Below are positions 56,857 to 64,000 of a stretch of DNA of 64,000 nucleotides, piece after piece; the first letter of the stretch is position 1, and each line of letters opens with the position of its first letter. The stretch spans positions 2,604,001-2,668,000 of the forward strand of contig OZ024761.1 of the NCBI GenBank assembly GCA_964016885.1, in the 5' to 3' direction. The notes under the pieces are model-generated. The model saw only the letters and a program-made list of their open reading frames with translations. It was not told the origin of the DNA and ran no database searches. The translations under genes and the position numbers were made by a program. Source of the stretch: Eledone cirrhosa (taxonomy: Eukaryota).

Positions 56857-57682
56857 GTGTATTAATTATATATATATGTTGTCACTGGTGCCAAGCTGTA
56901 TCGGCTTTTACCTTTCCCTTGGACAACATCGGTGGCATGGAGAGGGGAGACTGGTATGCATGGGTGACTGCTGGTCTTCCACAAAAACACTTTACTCAGG
57001 CATATGACTCGGAGGAGGACATTTCTAGGTGCAAAACCCATGGTCATTCGTGAGCGAAAGGGGTCTTTAACTCTTCATAACAGCCTACCCCAAATTAGCC
57101 ATGTTTCTAAGAAACCAAGCCAGATATTTTACAGAATTCAAATTAAATCTTTCCAACATAATTTTAAAGAAGAAACTTTCGTTGCGTTATAAATACGATC
57201 AAAACTTTAATTACAATTTCAGTAAATTCTCGTCAAACTGTCTATTAATTAATTAATTAAGCAAAACACAATATATTAAATTAGAAATACGGTAATGAAA
57301 GGGAGAACAGTTCAGAAAGGCCATCTGCTTGGTAAATAAGATTGTGTTTATGGAAGTTTTACTAACATCAAGACAACTCCAAATTAACCTACCCTTGCAG
57401 CCTAAGTGTAATTAATTTTAAAAAGGAGTGGGGGGCTTCAATCGTTCACGAATTTTTAGATATGACATTCATGTTGTGTCTGTTACTCCCATTATACTCT
57501 GCAACTGGAAATCATGTGAACTATACCTCGCTAATATTACTATTATTATTCTTGAAGATTGGGCTATGAAAGTCTCGAAACACTAATAGACGTATGAATT
57601 TAGGAATGTTATTGATTCAAACCAGGCATAAAGAACTAATAACGAAATATGAAACATCCTTAATAAAACAGAATGATATCCC

Positions 57683-57734
<52 letters not shown>

Positions 57735-57739
<5 letters not shown>

Positions 57740-58045
57740 GCTCTGAAATAGCGATGTATATATGATTGCATGTATAGTATATTTGATAATATACTACATG
57801 TTTAATTAAAAATATTATGAAGACCATTCACTAGGAATTTTAAAGTAGTGATTATGTCACTTACTTATTCTCAGCAAAAAAACAAGGGGAGTAATCGACA
57901 GTCCTGTTTCTCGCTCGTTAGTGGTTATCAAGACTACTCGCCCCTTCGCTTCTGCCGAGAATTATAGAAGCTGGATTCTTATAGAATTCCAATAATAATT
58001 AGGAGCTGATTAAACAGAGCGGTTGCCGGTCCAGCAAGAATTAGG
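57735..58045 (-). mobile_element. Diverged single copy of the 310-bp HHR unit; variant HHR at 57889-57939
   Basis: Shares gctctgaaatagcgat...gagcggttgccggtcc with 61107-61416. Confidence 0.7.
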
Positions 58046-58519
58046 TATTATTGACCCGAAGGTCATTTAGAGGGAATTGGAGGGGGGTGGGGGGGTAAGG
58101 TTGCACAGCCCCACTTTCCGCCATGGCGATTGGACTGCATGCCCTGCTTTCCAGGTTACCCTTCGCCACTGATATATATATATATATTTATATCTTAGCC
58201 AAGAGGCCGAGTCCAGTAATTCTGAAATATGAAAGACAGTCCAAACCAGCCAGCCAACGATAGTAATGCTTAACAACGATATATTTATGTCGTCAGCGAT
58301 GACAGCTTTGTTTATAACACCTTTATATTATATAAAGGTGTTATAGAGAAAGTTGTCATCGCTGACGACATAAATATATCGTTGTTAACCATCACTATCA
58401 TTGGCTGACTGGTTTGGTCTGTCTTTCATATTTCAGAATTACTGGCCTCGGCCTCTTGGCTAAGATTAGTGTAATATTTTTTAATGAAAAGCCTGAATCA
58501 GAAACCATTATCATTAATC

Positions 58520-59078
58520 TCACCGAGGTTAACTTTACCTTTTATCCTTACAGGGTCGATAAAATAAAGTACCAGTAATACACTGGGGTAATTGCTGACC
58601 TTGTGCCAAAGTAGAAACAATTATTACGGGGTTGATAAAATAAAGTACCAGTAATACACCGGGGTAATTGCTGGCATTGTGCCAAAAGTAGAAACAATTA
58701 TTACGGGGTCGATAAAATAAAGCACCAGTAATGCACTGGGGTAATTGCTGGCCTTGTGCCAAAAGTAGACACAATTATTATTACTATTACATTTTACTAT
58801 CAATTGTCACACAAATGATGCCACAAGTAAATGTCCTTGTAAAGTTTTTAAATTGATAGTGCCCTTCTTAGGACATGCGCAGTACCAGTCAGCACTGTTT
58901 TCTGTATCTGTATTACGGTCCTTTACGTTTCGACTTCAAATCGCTCCGAGGTTAACTTTGCTTTTCATCCTTACGGGGGTCGATAAAATAAAGTACCAGT
59001 AATTCACTGGTGTCTATTTAACCGACTTTCCCTTCGCCCAAATTGTTGGTTGATCTTGTGCCTAAAGTAGAAACCAAT
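58520..59078 (+). mobile_element. SINE with triplicated 3' half, plus a second SINE (58915-59078)
   Basis: gggtcgataaaataaagtaccag..aaagtagaaacaatta three times. Confidence 0.85.
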
Positions 59079-59147
59079 ATCTAAATAGAAAATCCGATGT
59101 CTTTAATTGAAGAATCTTGGCCGTCTTTTGGAAGAGATTCTCTATAA

Positions 59148-59940
59148 TTAATTGTTTCTACTTTAGGCACAAGGCCAGCAATTACCCAGTACTTTATTCT
59201 CTATAATTAATAAAATGTCTTCGTTTCTCATGACATAGTTCTATGTTAGTTATAATAATTGTTTCTGCTTTTGGCACAAGGCCAGCAATTACCCAGTACT
59301 TTATTCTCTATAATTAATAAAATGTCTTCGTTTCTCATGACATAGTTCTATGTTAGTTATAATAATTGTTTCTACTTTAGGCACAAGGCCAGCAATTACC
59401 CAGTACTTTATTCTCTATAATTAATAAAATGTCTTCGTTTCTCATGACATAGTTCTATGTTAGTTATAATAATTGTTTCTACTTTAGGCACAAGGCCAGC
59501 AATTACCCAGTACTTTATTCTCTATAATTAATAAAATGTCTTCGTTTCTCATGACATAGTTCTATGTTAGTTATAATAATTGTTTCTGCTTTTGGCACAA
59601 GGCCAGCAATTACCCAGTACTTTATTCTCTATAATTAATAAAATGTCTTCGTTTCTCATGACATAGTTCTATGTTAGTTATAATAATTGTTTCTGCTTTT
59701 GGCACAAGGCCAGCAATTACCCAGTACTTTATTCTCTATAATTAATAAAATGTCTTCGTTTCTCATGACATAGTTCTATGTTAGTTATAATAATTGTTTC
59801 TGCTTTTGGCACAAGGCCAGCAATTACCCAGTACTTTATTCTCTATAATTAATAAAATGTCTTCGTTTCTCATGACATAGTTCTATGTTAGTTATAATAA
59901 TTGTTTCTGCTTTTGGCACAAGGCCAGCAATTACTCAGTA
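59148..59940. repeat. 107-bp tandem repeat, about 7.5 copies, of SINE tail plus flank; abuts a SINE (59897-60113, minus)
   Basis: cagta recurs at 59187, 59294, 59401, 59508, 59615, 59722, 59829, 59936. Confidence 0.95.
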
Positions 59941-60227
59941 CATTACTGGTTACTTTATTTTATCGAACCCGTAAGGACGAAAGGCAGAGTTAACCTCGGC
60001 TGGATTTGAACTCAGAATGGAAAGGGCCGAAACTCCATGCGTCAAAGCATTTTGAAACTCCATGCGTCAAAGCATGGCGTCCAACCTTCTACCGATACTG
60101 CCAATCCACCGCCCTTATAATATTTGTTTCTAATTTTGGCACAAGGCCAGCAATTACCCAGTGCATAAGTAAGATGGCTCATTTGGCTTATCCTGAATTC
60201 ACGGCGTAAAGTGACTGAGAGTAGAAT

Positions 60228-60259
<32 letters not shown>

Positions 60260-60268
60260 ACACACACA

Positions 60269-60330
<62 letters not shown>

Positions 60331-60469
60331 CATATGTACGTATGGGTTATATCGAACTTTAACAATTATCTTTTACCTTTTAAACCATATATATTTCCTT
60401 ACAGTATATATGTGTATACATATATATCTATATATATACATATCTACATACGTATAGACACACATACAT

Positions 60470-60901
60470 ACATGCACACATACATACACGCATCCGTACA
60501 CCCATACATACGTGCATGAATACACACATACATACATACATACAGAAACACATACCCATGCACACATACATACACGCATCCGTACACCCATACATACGTG
60601 CATGAATACACACATACATACATACAGAAACACATACCCATGCACTCATACATACACGCATCCGTACACCCATACATACGTGCATGAATACACACATACA
60701 TACATACAGAAACACATACCCATGCACTCATACATACACGCATCCGTACACCCATACATACGTGCATGAATACACACATACATACATACAGAAACACATA
60801 CCCATGCACTCATACATACACGCATCCGTACACCCATACATACGTGCATGAATACACACATACATACATACAGAAACACATACCCATGCACTCATACATA
60901 C
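60470..60901. repeat. 82-bp CA-rich tandem repeat x5
   Basis: gcatccgtacaccc at 60490, 60576, 60658, 60740, 60822. Confidence 0.95.
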
Positions 60902-61041
60902 AACACTTCCATCAATCAACAAAAGAGGAGGTAATGAAACCGGGACACCAATTCTATACAAATGGCGTCCGTCTACTCTAAACATAGTAACCGTCTAGAA
61001 AGTATTCCTGTATTATTAAGACTTTTAGATATATGTATATG

Positions 61042-61110
<69 letters not shown>

Positions 61111-61267
61111 TGGAATAAATGCTCTGAAATAGCGATATATATGTGAATATAGACATAGAATATTCGAAAATATTCTGTATGTTTATAATAAACATTTTGA
61201 AGACCTAATCGCTATAGAATAGAATACGTCACGTATTACAATTAGATTCTCGATAAAAGCAAGGGAA

Positions 61268-61310
61268 GTAATCTACGCGTTTCATTCTTGTTAGAAATCA
61301 TCAGGACTAC
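61268..61310 (-). ncRNA. Type I hammerhead
   Basis: Reverse strand: gtagtc CTGATGA t-ttct-aaca-agaa-t GAAAC gc GTA gattac. Confidence 0.9.
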
Positions 61311-61577
61311 ATATCCAGTGCTTTTATCGAGAATGACACAGCTAGAGACTTATAGAATACTTAGCTGTGTACAGGAACTGGTTTGAAAGAGCGGTTGCCG
61401 GTCCGGCAGAAATTAGAAATTGGAATAAATGCTCTGAAATAGCGATATATATGTGAATATAGACATAGAATATTCGAAAATATTCTGTATGTTTATAATA
61501 AACATTTTGAAGACCTAATCGCTATAGAATAGAATACGTCACGTATTACAATTAGATTCTCGATAAAAGCAAGGGAA

Positions 61578-61620
61578 GTAATCTACGCGTTTCATTCTTG
61601 TTAGAAATCATCAGGACTAC
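61578..61620 (-). ncRNA. Type I hammerhead, identical second copy
   Basis: Same sequence as 61268-61310. Confidence 0.9.
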
Positions 61621-61716
61621 ATATCCAGTGCTTTTATCGAGAATGACACAGCTAGAGACTTATAGAATACTTAGCTGTGTACAGGAACTGGTTTGAAAGA
61701 GCGGTTGCCGGTCCGG

Positions 61717-61902
61717 CAGAAACGAATTCAAAATGGCTAAGAATTGTACATGACCAGTGGTCAAGTCAGAAAGCTTGTGATTGGTGCCTGACGGCGAGTA
61801 GGCTGGTTGCTAGAAAGCGCAGCCGAATACTGCCTAAAGTTTTACTCAACCTTACGGAAGTATATAAAATATAGAGGTTTACATATACATAAACTAGACA
61901 GA

Positions 61903-61966
<64 letters not shown>

Positions 61967-62099
61967 TGTTTTTGGCAACCATTCACGGTGTGGCTCAATG
62001 ATGAATTAATTAATTAAATAATCAAAAATCAGAGCAATATATAAGAAATATATGTATAATATATGTATATGTATGTACATATATGTATACATATATATG

Positions 62100-62132
<33 letters not shown>

Positions 62133-63075
62133 GTATGTATACATATATATGCATATATATGTATATATATATATATATATGTATATATATGTATATATAT
62201 AAATGTATATATATGTATATATATATGTATATATATGTATATATATATATATATATATACTATAAATTATGTCCATATAATCATTTGATAAGATATATAC
62301 ACCATTTCCTCTCCCAATTAGCATAATCAACCACAAAAAAACAATTAAACCAGGTTATAAGATTAAAAGGCACCTATCAAGAAATAATAGATAAATAAAC
62401 GACAGCCATCTATTCGCGATCAACAGCTATAGAATATTTACCCAGCATTTCAATAGCACGTGGAAATCGATTAAATATATCGTCAACCATACACAGTTAG
62501 GTATAAAATTAAAGTTAGAAGGAAAAATGCATATACACATAGCAGGATTACGTTTCTACCCTTTAGGGTTTCGTTCTCTTTTCGAAATATCCCATCAAGG
62601 ATAAATTCTCGAGCTTCGAACTCATCAGGAAACAAACTCACTTGGACGAAGACTTTTCTTAAATGATCCCCGCCAGAAACGAATTCAAAATGGCTAAGAA
62701 CTGACGTGGCAGTGGTCAAATCAGAAAGAATGAGATTGGTGCCTTACGGCGAGTGGGCTGGTTGCTAGAAAGCGCAGCTTAATATTGCCTGAATTGGATC
62801 TCAACCTTATGGGAGATTATCAAATATAAAGATTTACATATACACGAACTAGACAAAGTCATAGATATATATGTTTTTGGCAACCATTCACGATGTGGCT
62901 CAATGATGAATTAATAAATTAAATAATCAGAGCAATATACTATAAAGTATGTCCATAGAATCATTTGATAAGACATATACACCATTTCCTCTCCCAATTA
63001 GCATAATCAACCACACACAAAAAAACAATTAAAGCAGGCTATCAGATTAAAAGACTATACGATTAAATGGCACCT
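61717..63075 (-). mobile_element. About 1.5 diverged tandem units of the 9940-10912 HHR family
   Basis: cagaaacgaattcaaaatggctaagaa at 61717 and 62674; catttcctctcccaattagcataatcaacca twice. Confidence 0.75.
62552..62633 (-). ncRNA. Type I hammerhead with 49-nt stem II domain and stable stem III
   Basis: Reverse strand: gtttc CTGATGA gttc...gaac GAAAC cc-taaa-gg GTA gaaac. Confidence 0.9.
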
Positions 63076-63242
63076 ATATATATATATATATATATATATA
63101 CGTATATTTATGTATATATATGTATATATATATATATATATGTATATATATGTATATATATATGTATATATATATGTATATATATGTATATATATATGTA
63201 TATATATGTATATATATGTATATACATGTATTTATATATATG

Positions 63243-63289
<47 letters not shown>

Positions 63290-63371
63290 GTATATATATA
63301 TGTGTATATATATATGTATAAATATATGTGTATATATATGTATAAATATATATGTGTATATATATGTATAT

Positions 63372-63405
<34 letters not shown>

Positions 63406-63688
63406 ATGTATATATATGTATATATATGTATATATATGTATATATATATATGTATATATGTATATATATGTATATATATGTATATATATATATGTATATA
63501 TGTATACATATGTATATATATATGTATATATATATGTATATATATGTATATATATATGTATATATATGTATATATATATATATATGAATATATATGTATA
63601 TATATGTATATATATATGTATATATACATTTAGGAATTTATAAATTTCCGGTTGGTTGGTTCCACAACCAGACGATTGTTCATATATT

Positions 63689-63731
63689 GTCAAAGTTCTT
63701 TCGTCACACATTCTGTGACCTCTTCAGTGAC
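63689..63731 (-). ncRNA. Type I hammerhead within a repeat (63629-64000) homologous to 51922-52265
   Basis: Reverse strand: gtca CTGAAGA ggtcacagaatgtgtgac GAAAG aa CTT tgac. Confidence 0.85.
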
Positions 63732-64000
63732 TGGGGATTCTTTTCTTTGTTTTTGTGCCTCTCCTTTGTTCTTTCCTACGCCATCTTCTTTTGTGTTTGT
63801 TGTGTGCTTAGTTTGCGCATGTGTTACATCCGGGTGTCTGTGTGTGTTTATATTTGTTTATTTATTTGTTTATTTACATGTTACTGGTTGTTTATTAGTT
63901 CTATGTGTGTGTGTGTGTTTTCATTTTGTCTTTAATTGTAAGTTGTGATGTTGCTATTCCATTCATGCTTTCTATTTAATTTTGGTTGGAGTTCATTTAT

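Larger units (their letters stand above)
61107..61722 (-). mobile_element. Tandem dimer of a 310-bp non-coding HHR unit (non-LTR retrozyme-like)
   Basis: Direct repeat with period 310; one HHR per unit. Confidence 0.75.

Noticed and set aside
57548-57592. Hammerhead-like TTGAAGA..GAAAC
   Set aside because: C3 changed without G8 compensation and stem III is broken; at best a decayed copy

Overview
AT-rich, repeat-saturated animal DNA (intronic or intergenic). The SINE type and extreme (TA)n/(CA)n/(CT)n load suggest an octopod cephalopod, which is an inference. I recognise no host protein-coding gene, and most listed ORFs are microsatellite artefacts. Recognisable content: three Penelope-like (PLE) GIY-YIG endonuclease remnants without RT, three Tx1/L1-type LINE copies plus an internally deleted derivative, RTE, CRE-type and R4/Dong-type LINE fragments, about 20 tRNA-derived SINE copies, a Helitron-like element, a pogo-like MITE and several minisatellites. 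The main signal, absent from the ORF track, is a dense population of type I hammerhead ribozyme (HHR) motifs. By eye, about 14 have an intact core (stem I-CUGANGA-stem II-GAAA-stem III-UH-stem I), plus about 10 variant or half motifs, in roughly ten sequence families. They occur downstream of the GIY-YIG remnants, as back-to-back pairs in palindromes, and in non-coding retrozyme-like units, including a 310-bp tandem dimer predicted to release a 310-nt monomer (61107-61722). All calls are manual, coordinates may be off by a few nt, and ribozyme activity is untested.
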